NCBI GenBank assembly: GCA_030640665.1
Contig: DAOWIY010000020.1
Coordinates: forward strand, 1 to 34,668
DNA: 34,668 bases
Reading direction: 5' to 3'
DNA from: Clostridia bacterium
Lineage (GTDB): Bacteria; Aerophobota; Aerophobia; Aerophobales; AE-B3A
How positions within the stretch are numbered: the first letter of the stretch is position 1; every line of letters begins with the position of its first letter. The notes below the pieces were generated by a model. It did not search any database and had not been told where the DNA came from. It saw only the letters and a program-made list of their open reading frames with translations. Positions 24,685 to 33,838 of the stretch are shown here, in pieces. A program made the position numbers and the translations under genes.

Positions 24685-25812
24685 ATGAATAGAGATGCTA
24701 TTATTACCTCTGCGAAAAGAGTAACTATTAAAGTAGGTAGTAGTCTTCTACTAACCGAAGAAGGCGATCCTGACCTTTACTTCATGGAAGGATTAGCTGA
24801 GGATGTTGCTACCTTGATTAGGAAAGGCAAAGAGGTTATTCTAGTTAGTTCGGGGGCTATTGGTATGGGAAGGGAGGAGTTAGGAACAGAAATGGGGAGA
24901 AAATACAATACCATTTCTTCCAAGCAGGCTCTTGCCAGCATAGGACAAACTCGTTTGATGAATATGTACTATCAACTTTTTCAAAAATATAATCTTTCTG
25001 TTGGCCAAGTGCTTTTAAGTGGAGTTGATCTTTCCCATCGTTCTTCCTATCTAAACGCTCGCAATACTTTCTTTACTCTTCTTAGGCTTAAGACTATTCC
25101 CATTGTCAATGAGAATGATACTGTAGCTGTGGAAGAGATTAAGTTTGGTGATAATGATACCCTTTCCGCTTTAGTGGCTGGGTTAGTGAACGCAGATCTT
25201 TTAATAATCTTCTCAGACATAAAAGGTTTATATACTTCTGATCCGAGGAAAAATCCAGAGGCGCGATTAATTAAACAAGTAAGAGAGATAGACAAAGATA
25301 TAGAAGAGATAGCCTCTAGTACATCAGTAGAGGGAAGGATAGGGGGGATGCAGACTAAAATCAAGGCAGCTAAAATAGCTACTCGTTCCGGTATTCCAGT
25401 AGTTGTAGGCGGAAGAAAGAGAAGTTTTCTCAAAGAGGTTTTTGCGGGAAAGGAGGTGGGAACATTGTTCCTGCCTCAGAAGGGTAGTCTAGCTTCTCGT
25501 GAAAAGTGGATTGCCTACGGGCACTTTCTTGAGGGTGCGATTATAGTGGATGAGGGCGCAAAGGGGGCATTAGTCAAAGAAGGAGGAAGCCTTCTTCCTG
25601 CTGGTGTAGTTGGGGTGAAAGGTGAGTTTGAAGCTGGAGACTCCATAAGTTTATTAGACAAAGAAAGAAAAGAATTCGCTCGAGGCATAGCCTATTATTC
25701 CTCTCAAGATATAAAAAAGATAAAAGGAATGAAAAGCTCTTTTATTGAATCACAGTTAGGATATAAGTATCATGACGAAGTTGTCCATCGCGATAATTTG
25801 GTGATACTATAA
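24685..25812 (+). CDS. proB: Glutamate 5-kinase with PUA domain
   Basis: IKVGSS, VSSGAI, PIVNEND, FGDNDTLSA, GGMQTK, VVHRDNL; start 24685 or 24670. Confidence 0.96.
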   Translation: MNRDAIITSAKRVTIKVGSSLLLTEEGDPDLYFMEGLAEDVATLIRKGKEVILVSSGAIGMGREELGTEMGRKYNTISSKQALASIGQTRLMNMYYQLFQKYNLSVGQVLLSGVDLSHRSSYLNARNTFFTLLRLKTIPIVNENDTVAVEEIKFGDNDTLSALVAGLVNADLLIIFSDIKGLYTSDPRKNPEARLIKQVREIDKDIEEIASSTSVEGRIGGMQTKIKAAKIATRSGIPVVVGGRKRSFLKEVFAGKEVGTLFLPQKGSLASREKWIAYGHFLEGAIIVDEGAKGALVKEGGSLLPAGVVGVKGEFEAGDSISLLDKERKEFARGIAYYSSQDIKKIKGMKSSFIESQLGYKYHDEVVHRDNLVIL

Positions 25813-26853
25813 ATGGACTATCGCAGGATACAGAGCCGTGGTTGGAGGAAGCTCTTCCTTCTGATTCTTTTTCTTTTTTCTCTTTTCTTTCTATGTGGTT
25901 GTGGCGAGAACCTCCAACCCGTTGTTTTTCCCCTAAAAGAACCTTATCTTGCCTACTTTTCCCCCAAAAATTCTCTTTATCCTCATCTTGTCTATTTAAT
26001 TCGAGAAGCTAGAGAAAGTGTCTATGCTGCTTTTTATAAGATAGAGCTAAAGGAAGTATCTCGTGCTCTCATTGAAGCTCATGAAAGAGGGGTGGAGGTG
26101 AGGGTATTTACTGATGATCTGACTTCCTATGATAAAGGATCTCAATTTGGCGAGCTGAATGAGTTTCATCTCATTAAAAAGGACAAAGACCCAGAGAGTC
26201 TTATGCATCATAAATTTTGCCTCATTGATGAGGAAATAGTCTGGACAGGTTCTTTTAATCCTACTTCAAAAGGGTCCTTCAAGGAGAACAATAATGTAGT
26301 GGTTATAAAATCCCGGGCTTTGGCTGCCGAATTTATGAAAGAGTTTGAGAAATTATGGGAGGGAAAACCATCATCTCCTGCTAATTTTTCTCACTCTCAA
26401 ATTTCACTAAGTGGAGCCCAGGCAGAGGCTTACTTCTCTTTGCATGATAATCCTGAAGAGGCTATCATTAGAGAACTAGAGAAAGCTAAAGAGAGTATAC
26501 ATTTTGCTCTTTTTACTTTCACCTCTCCAGAAATTGCTCATGCTCTTATTCACAAATTTGCAGAAAATGTGGAAGTGAAGGGAATAATGGAGAAGGAACA
26601 GGATAGTTCCTTCTCTCGATATCGTTCTTTAAAGAAACTGAGGATGCCTGTAGAGCAGGATGGAAATTTCTATTTTATGCACCATAAGTTCTTTATAATT
26701 GATAAAAAGATTGTTATCACCGGTTCTTTTAATCCTACCTGGCGCGCCAACTATCAGAATCGAGAAAATCTTCTCATAATTCAGAGTTCTTCCCTGGCTG
26801 CTCAATACGAAGAGGAGTTCTATAGGTTGTGGAAGGAAGCAGTGAAAAGATAA
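25813..26853 (+). CDS. Phospholipase D-superfamily lipoprotein (two HKD motifs)
   Basis: Lipobox-like FLCGC; HHKFCLID...TGSFN and HHKFFIID...TGSFN. Confidence 0.88.
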   Translation: MDYRRIQSRGWRKLFLLILFLFSLFFLCGCGENLQPVVFPLKEPYLAYFSPKNSLYPHLVYLIREARESVYAAFYKIELKEVSRALIEAHERGVEVRVFTDDLTSYDKGSQFGELNEFHLIKKDKDPESLMHHKFCLIDEEIVWTGSFNPTSKGSFKENNNVVVIKSRALAAEFMKEFEKLWEGKPSSPANFSHSQISLSGAQAEAYFSLHDNPEEAIIRELEKAKESIHFALFTFTSPEIAHALIHKFAENVEVKGIMEKEQDSSFSRYRSLKKLRMPVEQDGNFYFMHHKFFIIDKKIVITGSFNPTWRANYQNRENLLIIQSSSLAAQYEEEFYRLWKEAVKR

Positions 26854-26867
26854 AAGGAGAAAGAAAA

Positions 26868-28259
26868 ATGCAAGTAGCTAAAGAGAGTATAGAGCGTAGT
26901 ATTTTAGAGACCTATGAAAATAGCTTTCCATCCTCGCGAAAGTTATACAAGAAGGCATTGAATCTATTTCCCAATGGGATAACTCATGACAATAGGTTTC
27001 TAAAGCCCTTTCCTATTTATGTTGATCATGCCCTGGGAAGCAAAAAATGGGATGAGGATGGCAATGAATATATTGATTATTTTGGAGGTCATGGTGCACT
27101 ACTCTTAGGGCATGGACATCCTAAAGTGGTAGAGGCGGTAAAAAGACAAATTACAAGAGGTACGCACTATGGTGCTTGTCACCGCCTAGAGGTGGAATGG
27201 GCAGAATTGATAATGGATATGGTTCCCTCGGCACAGAAAGTTAGATTTGTCAATTCCGGAACAGAGGCTACTCTTATGGCTATAAGGCTAGCTAGAATTT
27301 TTACTGGCAAAAGTAAAATTCTCAAATTTGCCGGACATTTCCATGGTTGGCACGACAATCTGATTCCAGGAACTACTCCTCCCTATGAGCTATCTCTACC
27401 GGGAATACTGAATGGCGTCCTGGAGAGTATCATTGTATGTCCACCTAACGATATTAAAAGAGTAGAGAAGATCCTGCAAAAGGATAATGAGGTAGCTTCC
27501 GTAATTATTGAACCTACAGGGGCGAGTTTTGGGATGATACCTACGCGTGAGGGGTTTCTTAAAGAACTTCGTCAGGTTACAAGAAAGTGGGGAGTTTTAC
27601 TTATTTTTGACGAGCTTATTACTGGTTTTAGATGCGCTCGGGGTGGTGCTCAAGAATATTATGGGGTGATGCCAGATCTTACCACTCTTGGTAAGATACT
27701 TGCTGGAGGACTTCCGGGTGCAGCTGTAGCTGGAAGAGGAGATATACTTGAGCCTTTGGAGAGCAGGGAGGACGAGAAGTGGAATCTCGGCAAGAAAATG
27801 TTTCACTACGGTACTTTTAACGCCAACCCACTTTCTGCTTCTGCTGGTATTGCTACTCTAAAAATTGTAGCCACTGGCGAGCCTATCTCCAGAGCAAATA
27901 AAATGACTTCAATGCTGATAAAAGGTATGAATGAAGTCATTGACAAGCACAGGATTCCCTGGTGTGTCCATGGTGAATTTTCAGGTTTTAGATTCCTCTT
28001 AAATCATGCTTGTTACAAGAGAGCTTCCTGTAATTTCCGCAAGTGTGACTATGATTACAAAAAGCTCAAAGGGGCCAATGATCCTGTCCTGGTGCAGAAT
28101 TTGCGTTGTGGTATGCTTCTGAATGGGATTGATGTTGCCAAGCAGGGGGGTTGGGTTTCTGCAGCCCATTCTGCCGAGGATGTAGAAAAAACCATTGTAG
28201 GCTTTGATAGAACTATTGACTGGATGAAGAGGAGTAAGCTTTTAACGAGTTTTGATTGA
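26868..28259 (+). CDS. Class III PLP aminotransferase, glutamate-semialdehyde-aminomutase-like
   Basis: DEDGNEYID, FVNSGTEA, FHGWHD, LIFDELITGFR, LGKILAGG, GTFNANP; AAAGGAG RBS before ATG 26868. Confidence 0.88.
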   Translation: MQVAKESIERSILETYENSFPSSRKLYKKALNLFPNGITHDNRFLKPFPIYVDHALGSKKWDEDGNEYIDYFGGHGALLLGHGHPKVVEAVKRQITRGTHYGACHRLEVEWAELIMDMVPSAQKVRFVNSGTEATLMAIRLARIFTGKSKILKFAGHFHGWHDNLIPGTTPPYELSLPGILNGVLESIIVCPPNDIKRVEKILQKDNEVASVIIEPTGASFGMIPTREGFLKELRQVTRKWGVLLIFDELITGFRCARGGAQEYYGVMPDLTTLGKILAGGLPGAAVAGRGDILEPLESREDEKWNLGKKMFHYGTFNANPLSASAGIATLKIVATGEPISRANKMTSMLIKGMNEVIDKHRIPWCVHGEFSGFRFLLNHACYKRASCNFRKCDYDYKKLKGANDPVLVQNLRCGMLLNGIDVAKQGGWVSAAHSAEDVEKTIVGFDRTIDWMKRSKLLTSFD

Positions 28260-28283
28260 CAGAAGACGGGTTTGTGATAAAAT
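28256..28283 (+). promoter_or_regulatory. Sigma-70-type promoter for the manC-pepP-efp-acc block
   Basis: TTGACA-N16-TAAAAT with TGn extension. Confidence 0.55.
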
Positions 28284-28374
28284 ACCTAATGGGGATAAAG
28301 ACGTAAATATTCAGTAGTATACGTGCTTTAGTGAATATTTACTTAAAGGCAAAAAGAACTGGTAGGAGTGAGAT

Positions 28375-29454
28375 ATGAGCGTAGCTGTGATAATGGCGGG
28401 AGGACTGGGGAAAAGATTATGGCCAGAGAGTAGAGTAACTCACCCCAAGCAACTTCTCAGTTTAGAAGAAAAAGAAAGTTTCCTTCAAGCAACTTACAGG
28501 AGAGCTTCTAACCTTTTTGGCTCGGAGAATGTATATCTGGTAATAAGAGAAGAATTAAAGCAGGCAGTGATAGCTCAGCTTCCAGGGATCTGTCTGGATA
28601 ATATCATTGCAGAACCTCAAGGAAAAGATACTGCTCCTTGCATTGGTTTTGCTAGTACTTGGATAAAGAAAAAAAGAGGGGACGATTCTATGGCGGTGCT
28701 TCCTGCCGACCACTTGATAAGGAACGAGAAAAGGTTTGCTCAGATTATTTTGGCGGCAGTCGAACAAGCGGAAAAAGGTTTTTTAATAACCATTGGCATT
28801 AAGCCTACCCGCGCTGAGACTGCCTATGGATATCTTCAGATAGGAGACCAGTTGGAGGATTTAGATGGAATTCCTCTTTTTGCAGTAAAGAGATTTACAG
28901 AAAAACCTTCTCAGAAAAAAGCTAAAGAGTTTTTTGAACAGGGAAATTTTCTCTGGAATGCAGGGATCTTTGCCTGGAAACCGACTACTATTTTGAAACA
29001 GATAGAAATGTATCTTCCAGATCTTCATCAGGGATTAATGAGGATTGAAAAGGCTTTAGGAACAAAGGAAGAGAAGAAGATAATAAGAGAAGTTTACCTT
29101 TCTCTTCCTAAAATTTCCATTGATTATGGGATAATGGAAAAGGCCTCTTCGGTAGTAGCAGTCCCAGGGGATTTTTTTTGGGATGATATAGGCAACTGGG
29201 GTGCCCTGGAACGAATATTTGCCAAGGATGAAGAAGGAAATATTGTCAAAGGATTAGTACAGAAGAGGGGAAGCAGCGACTGTATATTGATAAATAGAGA
29301 GGATAAGATTTTGGGAGTTATAGGAGTCTCTAATTTAATTATCATAAATACAGAAAAGGGTGTCCTTGTTGTAAGGAAAGAAATGGCTCACAAAGTGAAG
29401 GATTTGATGAACGAGCTCTTAGGGGATGAGAAGTTAAAAGAGTATCTACAGTGA
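28375..29454 (+). CDS. manC: Mannose-1-phosphate guanylyltransferase (no PMI domain)
   Basis: MAGGLGKRLWPES..PKQ, EPQGKDTA, PADH, FTEKP, WNAGIF, ISIDYGIME, WDDIG. Confidence 0.92.
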   Translation: MSVAVIMAGGLGKRLWPESRVTHPKQLLSLEEKESFLQATYRRASNLFGSENVYLVIREELKQAVIAQLPGICLDNIIAEPQGKDTAPCIGFASTWIKKKRGDDSMAVLPADHLIRNEKRFAQIILAAVEQAEKGFLITIGIKPTRAETAYGYLQIGDQLEDLDGIPLFAVKRFTEKPSQKKAKEFFEQGNFLWNAGIFAWKPTTILKQIEMYLPDLHQGLMRIEKALGTKEEKKIIREVYLSLPKISIDYGIMEKASSVVAVPGDFFWDDIGNWGALERIFAKDEEGNIVKGLVQKRGSSDCILINREDKILGVIGVSNLIIINTEKGVLVVRKEMAHKVKDLMNELLGDEKLKEYLQ

Positions 29455-29460
29455 ATCAAG

Positions 29461-29540
29461 TTTAGCGTTTAGCGTATAGCGTATAGTGGATACGGCGAGG
29501 CGCTCTAGAGCTTAGAAAAACTACTCTAATACAACTAATA
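29461..29540. repeat. TAG-phase heptamer array with decayed inverted partner
   Basis: TAGCGTT TAGCGTA TAGCGTA TAGTGGA TA; weak cta-phase remnant before the pepP start. Confidence 0.72.
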
Positions 29541-29541
29541 A

Positions 29542-30585
29542 ATGGTAAAAGTTACTGAATCCAGATTAGGAACTCTACGTCAAAAGATAAAGGAGAGGAA
29601 GGTAGAGGGATTTCTTATTAAGAAGCCTCAAAATACCTTTTATCTTAGCCGCTGTTGGGCGGAAGGAAGGATATTACTCACCAAGCGGGAGAAGTTTTTT
29701 ATAACAACTTCCCTTTTTGCCGAAGAAGCAAGATCTAAGCTCAGCGGGTGGCAGATAGTTATTCAGAAAGATAGTTTTGAGGAAGCTGTCTTCCAAATTT
29801 GCAAAAAGCTAGGAAGTAAAAAAATAGGTTTTGAAGCTTCTCATTTTTCTTTTGAGGAGTATAGAAAATTAGGCCAGATTAAAGGAACTCTATGGATTCC
29901 CTGCCCAGGTTTAGTAGAAAAAGAAAGGGCGATAAAAGATACAGAAGAAATATCTTGCATAAGACGGGCTCTTAGAGTAGCAAAGGCTACTTTTGATTAT
30001 GTAGAAGCTAGGCTCAGAGAAAGGGTAACGGAAAAAGATCTAGCAAGAGAAGCCATTTATTTTTTAAGAAAAGATGCAGATGAAGAAGCTTTTCCTCTTA
30101 TAGTTCTTTTTGGGGAGAGGACTTCTTTGCCTCACGGTAAGCCTACTCAAAGAAGGTTGGAGAAGAATGAGTTAGTTCTTCTCGATTTAGGAGCAAAGAT
30201 AGAGGGTTATTGTTCTGATTTAACCAGAACTATTTTCTTTGGTCGGGTAAAAAAGAAGTGGCACCAGATTTACCATTTAATAACCGAGGCACAAAAAGAT
30301 GCTCTCCATCAGGTAAAGCCGGGGGTTATCTGTTCCCATATAGACAAGACATTGAGAGAGAAAATAAAAAAGGCTGGCTACGGTGAGGTTTTTTTGCATG
30401 ACAGTGGTCATGGGGTGGGTCTTGAAGTTCACGAGTCACCCTCTATAACTTTTAAATCGAAGGAAGTTTTAAAGCCGGGAATGGTCTTTACTTTGGAGCC
30501 TGGAGTTTATTTAGAAGGAGAAGGGGGGATAAGGGTAGAGGAGATGGTACTTGTTACTGAGAATGGAGGTGAAATTCTGGAGTGA
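29542..30585 (+). CDS. Xaa-Pro aminopeptidase (M24B)
   Basis: PHG, DLGA..GYCSDLTRT, GHGVGLEVHE, TLEPGVY; upstream of efp. Confidence 0.93.
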   Translation: MVKVTESRLGTLRQKIKERKVEGFLIKKPQNTFYLSRCWAEGRILLTKREKFFITTSLFAEEARSKLSGWQIVIQKDSFEEAVFQICKKLGSKKIGFEASHFSFEEYRKLGQIKGTLWIPCPGLVEKERAIKDTEEISCIRRALRVAKATFDYVEARLRERVTEKDLAREAIYFLRKDADEEAFPLIVLFGERTSLPHGKPTQRRLEKNELVLLDLGAKIEGYCSDLTRTIFFGRVKKKWHQIYHLITEAQKDALHQVKPGVICSHIDKTLREKIKKAGYGEVFLHDSGHGVGLEVHESPSITFKSKEVLKPGMVFTLEPGVYLEGEGGIRVEEMVLVTENGGEILE

Positions 30586-31139
30586 TTACCGTCAATGATC
30601 TTCGAAGTGGAATGAAGATAGATATGGATGGTGAGCTTTATGTGGTTGAGGAATTCCAGCATGTAAAACGAGCCAGAGGTGGTGCTTTTGCTCGTATCAA
30701 ATTGAAAAATCTTCAGAGCGGGCAGAGCATCAGAAAAGTCTTTCAACCTTCTCAAAAAATAAAAGATGCCTTTATCGTGGAAAAAAGTGCCCAATATCTT
30801 TATAAAGAGAGGGAGGATTTTCATTTTATGGATTTAGAGACTTTTGAAGGAAGAGTTATCTCAAAGAGAAATTTGGGTGAGAAGGTAAATTTTCTTATAG
30901 AAAATATGAAAGTAATCCTTCGATTATATGAAGAGAGGGTGATAGGGATAGAAATTCCTACCTTTGTAGAACTTAAAGTGAAAAAAGCTTCTCCAGGAGT
31001 TAAAGGGAATACGGTGAGTACACCCAGTAAGTTAGTGGTTTTAGAGTCGGGCTATAGCCTCCAGGTTCCTCTTTTTATAAAAGAAGGTGATATAATTCGT
31101 ATAGATACAAGGTCAGGTGAATACGTAGGGAAAAAATAG
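30582..31139 (+). CDS. efp: Elongation factor P (Arg32 type)
   Basis: NDLRSG, FQHVKRARGGAF, FMDLETFE, PGVKGNT, VPLFI..G..I.IDTR.GEY. Confidence 0.95.
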   Translation: MITVNDLRSGMKIDMDGELYVVEEFQHVKRARGGAFARIKLKNLQSGQSIRKVFQPSQKIKDAFIVEKSAQYLYKEREDFHFMDLETFEGRVISKRNLGEKVNFLIENMKVILRLYEERVIGIEIPTFVELKVKKASPGVKGNTVSTPSKLVVLESGYSLQVPLFIKEGDIIRIDTRSGEYVGKK

Positions 31140-31169
31140 GATGTGTCCCTATTTTTTAGGAGATAAAAG

Positions 31170-31616
31170 ATGGATCTTGATCAGCTGAGGGAAGTTATTG
31201 AGATTTTCGAATCTTCCTCTCTTTCCGAGATGGAGATAGAGGAGAAGGGAACCAGATTTAGATTGGCTAAGCACAAGGGAGGGAATAGTATTATTTCCAA
31301 AGAAGAAAACAGCATTATTCCTGAAAAAGAGAAGATACCATCTCCTACTAGAGATAAGGGAATAGAGGAACGTTCACTCTTTTGTGTAAGATCGCCTCTA
31401 GTGGGAACCTTTTATAGAACGTCTTCTCCAGAAGAGGAGCCCTTTATAGAGGTAGGAGATGAAGTCAGTGTGGGGCAGACTTTATGTATCATCGAGGCGA
31501 TGAAGGTGATGAACGAGATAACTTCAGAAGTTGCCGGAAAGGTTAAGGAAATCTTAGTAGAAAATGGACATCCAGTGGAGTACGATCAGAGATTGTTTTT
31601 AATAAGGAAGGATTAG
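31170..31616 (+). CDS. accB: Acetyl-CoA carboxylase biotin carboxyl carrier protein
   Basis: SPLVGTFY and EAMKVMNEI biotinylation motif. Confidence 0.96.
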   Translation: MDLDQLREVIEIFESSSLSEMEIEEKGTRFRLAKHKGGNSIISKEENSIIPEKEKIPSPTRDKGIEERSLFCVRSPLVGTFYRTSSPEEEPFIEVGDEVSVGQTLCIIEAMKVMNEITSEVAGKVKEILVENGHPVEYDQRLFLIRKD

Positions 31617-32972
31617 GTGTTTAGTAAGGTTCTCATTGCTAATCGAGGTGAGATTGCTCTTCGTATAATAAGAGCCTGTAAAGAATTAGGGATAGAGACG
31701 GTAGTAGTTTTCTCTAAGGAAGATGAGCATTCTCTGCCAGTAAGGTTTGCCGATGAAGCTATTTGTATTGGTCCGCGTGAACCAGCGGAGAGTTATCTTA
31801 ATGTCCCTCGGATAATCAGTGCTGCTGAGGTAGCAGGAGCAGATGCTATTCATCCCGGATATGGCTTTTTGGCTGAGAATGAGCAATTTGCTGAGGTTTG
31901 TCGTTCCTCAAAGGTGGAATTCATTGGGCCTGATCCAGAGGTGATTAGAAAGCTAGGCAATAAAGTGGAGGCACGCAATACTCTGGCTGAGAGAGGCATT
32001 CCAGTGATACCTGGTTCAGAAGAAATAGTGAGGGATAAATCCCAAGCTTCTAAGATAATCTCCCGCATTGGTTATCCGGTAATTCTGAAAGCCGCCTCAG
32101 GAGGAGGGGGTAGAGGGATGCGGGCGATACGGGAGAAAAGAGATCTAAATCTCTTTTTTGACTTAGCTCAGCAGGAAGCAAGGACTTCTTTTGGTAACCC
32201 AGATCTATATATAGAGAAATATATGGAGAAAGCAAGACATATCGAATTTCAGGTACTGGCTGATAAATCTGGTAATGCTGTCCATTTTGGAGAAAGAGAT
32301 TGTTCCATTCAAAGAAGATATCAAAAATTAATGGAGGAGTCCCCTTCCTCTGTTTTGAGTGGATCTTTGCGTAAAAAGATGGGAAAAATTGCTGTAAAAG
32401 CGACCAGGCAGTTAAATTATGTGGGAGCGGGAACAGTAGAGTTTTTATTAGATGAGAAGATGAAATTTTACTTCATGGAGATGAATACCCGTCTTCAGGT
32501 GGAGCATCCAGTAACGGAAATGGTTACAGGAAGAGATCTAGTTAAAGCTCAGATTGAAATCGCCGAGGGAGAGAATCTGGATTATACCCAGGAAGAGATA
32601 AGGATTGAGGGTGTTTCCCTGGAATGTCGCATTAACGCGGAAAATCCAGACAAGAATTTTACCCCTTGCTCGGGTAAAATCGTCACTTTTCATCTTCCTG
32701 GAGGTCCTGGAATTAGAGTGGATACACATATCTTTTCTGGCTATATCATTTCTCCTTTCTATGACTCCTTACTAGCTAAACTTATTACCTGGGGAAATGA
32801 TAGGGAGGAGACGATAGCTCGGATGCGGCGGGCTCTAGAAGAATTTGTTATAGAGGGGGTAAAAACTACCATTCCCTTTCATCAACGTATAATAGAGAAT
32901 GAACACTTTAAAAAAGGTCAGTTTTACACTGGCTTTGTCGAGGAAGAATTGATGAAAGGGAGTGAGGCATGA
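31617..32972 (+). CDS. accC: Biotin carboxylase
   Basis: ANRGEIA, HPGYGFLAEN, GGGGRGM, ERDCSIQRR, EMNTRLQVEH. Confidence 0.97.
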   Translation: MFSKVLIANRGEIALRIIRACKELGIETVVVFSKEDEHSLPVRFADEAICIGPREPAESYLNVPRIISAAEVAGADAIHPGYGFLAENEQFAEVCRSSKVEFIGPDPEVIRKLGNKVEARNTLAERGIPVIPGSEEIVRDKSQASKIISRIGYPVILKAASGGGGRGMRAIREKRDLNLFFDLAQQEARTSFGNPDLYIEKYMEKARHIEFQVLADKSGNAVHFGERDCSIQRRYQKLMEESPSSVLSGSLRKKMGKIAVKATRQLNYVGAGTVEFLLDEKMKFYFMEMNTRLQVEHPVTEMVTGRDLVKAQIEIAEGENLDYTQEEIRIEGVSLECRINAENPDKNFTPCSGKIVTFHLPGGPGIRVDTHIFSGYIISPFYDSLLAKLITWGNDREETIARMRRALEEFVIEGVKTTIPFHQRIIENEHFKKGQFYTGFVEEELMKGSEA

Positions 32973-32988
32973 GTGTGAGGAGATAAAA

Positions 32989-33291
32989 TTGAGGGAAGAA
33001 GGAAGTTATGAGATTGATAGGAAGGTAGTTATTGCACTTATCAAAAAAGCTCTCGGCAGACTCGAAGGAGTTTATGCTATCAAGAGGGGTTTATTTGGAG
33101 AAAGAGTTAAGGTAAAGCAACCAGGAGAGAAGATAAGAATTTCTCTTGAGTTAATCATTAAAGAAGGAAGTTCTATTCCTCAGGTTGTGGAAGAGACTCA
33201 GAAGGAGATAACCGAAGAGATACAAAAAACTCTAAATAGGGCTGTGGATAGAGTTGACATAAAGATAAAGAAAATCAAAGCTATCTCTTGA
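32989..33291 (+). CDS. Asp23/Gls24 family envelope stress protein
   Basis: G..EI...VV.....A....EGV and SIPQV....Q pattern; accC-asp23-amaP context; TTG 32989 behind GAGGAG. Confidence 0.8.
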   Translation: MREEGSYEIDRKVVIALIKKALGRLEGVYAIKRGLFGERVKVKQPGEKIRISLELIIKEGSSIPQVVEETQKEITEEIQKTLNRAVDRVDIKIKKIKAIS

Positions 33292-33308
33292 AATAAAAGG
33301 AGGACAAA

Positions 33309-33830
33309 ATGGGATTTTGCAAAAAAGTGTTGTGGGGAATAGTTGTGGTTACTCTGGCTCTTTTTTCCCTGGGAGGATTTCTTGTTTCCCTAGAGATTAT
33401 TCCGAGGATTGTTATTATGGGAGTTCTTACTGGTTTCGAGGAGCAATTGTTGATCAAGGGAATTTTCGTCTCCTTCTTTGGTTTTCTATTTGTCTTGAGT
33501 ATAGTTCTATCCTTGTTGGCCCGAGAAAGAGCAAGGGATGCAATTATTCCTTTGAAAAATCCTCTTGGTGAGGTGGAGATCTCCCAGAAGGCAATCTGTG
33601 AATTTATCCAGCGAGTAGGCAAGGAGGTAGAGGGAGTTGAAGATATTAAAGCAAGAATTAAATCTAACGATGAAGGCATGGATGTTTATCTGGTTCTCTC
33701 TGCTCAAGCTCAAGGAGAAATTCCCCGATTAATAGACGAATTGCAGACAGTGGTAAAAAATTATCTCAATAATACCGTGGGGATTGAAAATATACGGGAG
33801 ATAAAGGTTAAGGTAGCTAAGATTCTTTAG
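33309..33830 (+). CDS. amaP: Alkaline shock response membrane anchor AmaP-like
   Basis: Two N-terminal TMs, LGEVEISQKAI, EVEGV, LQ..VK.YL...VGI; adjacent to asp23. Confidence 0.78.
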   Translation: MGFCKKVLWGIVVVTLALFSLGGFLVSLEIIPRIVIMGVLTGFEEQLLIKGIFVSFFGFLFVLSIVLSLLARERARDAIIPLKNPLGEVEISQKAICEFIQRVGKEVEGVEDIKARIKSNDEGMDVYLVLSAQAQGEIPRLIDELQTVVKNYLNNTVGIENIREIKVKVAKIL

Positions 33831-33838
33831 AGAATAAG

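Noticed and set aside
26868-28259. Naming the gene hemL
   Set aside because: Divergent N-terminus and no tetrapyrrole context
1908-29540. CRISPR interpretation of the repeats
   Set aside because: 7-bp degenerate units without unique spacers; no cas genes
4529-33713. Many 60-160 aa ORFs antisense to or nested in housekeeping genes (e.g. 11121..11612, 25047..25433, 33281..33679)
   Set aside because: Fully overlap well-supported genes and have no motifs; expected shadow ORFs
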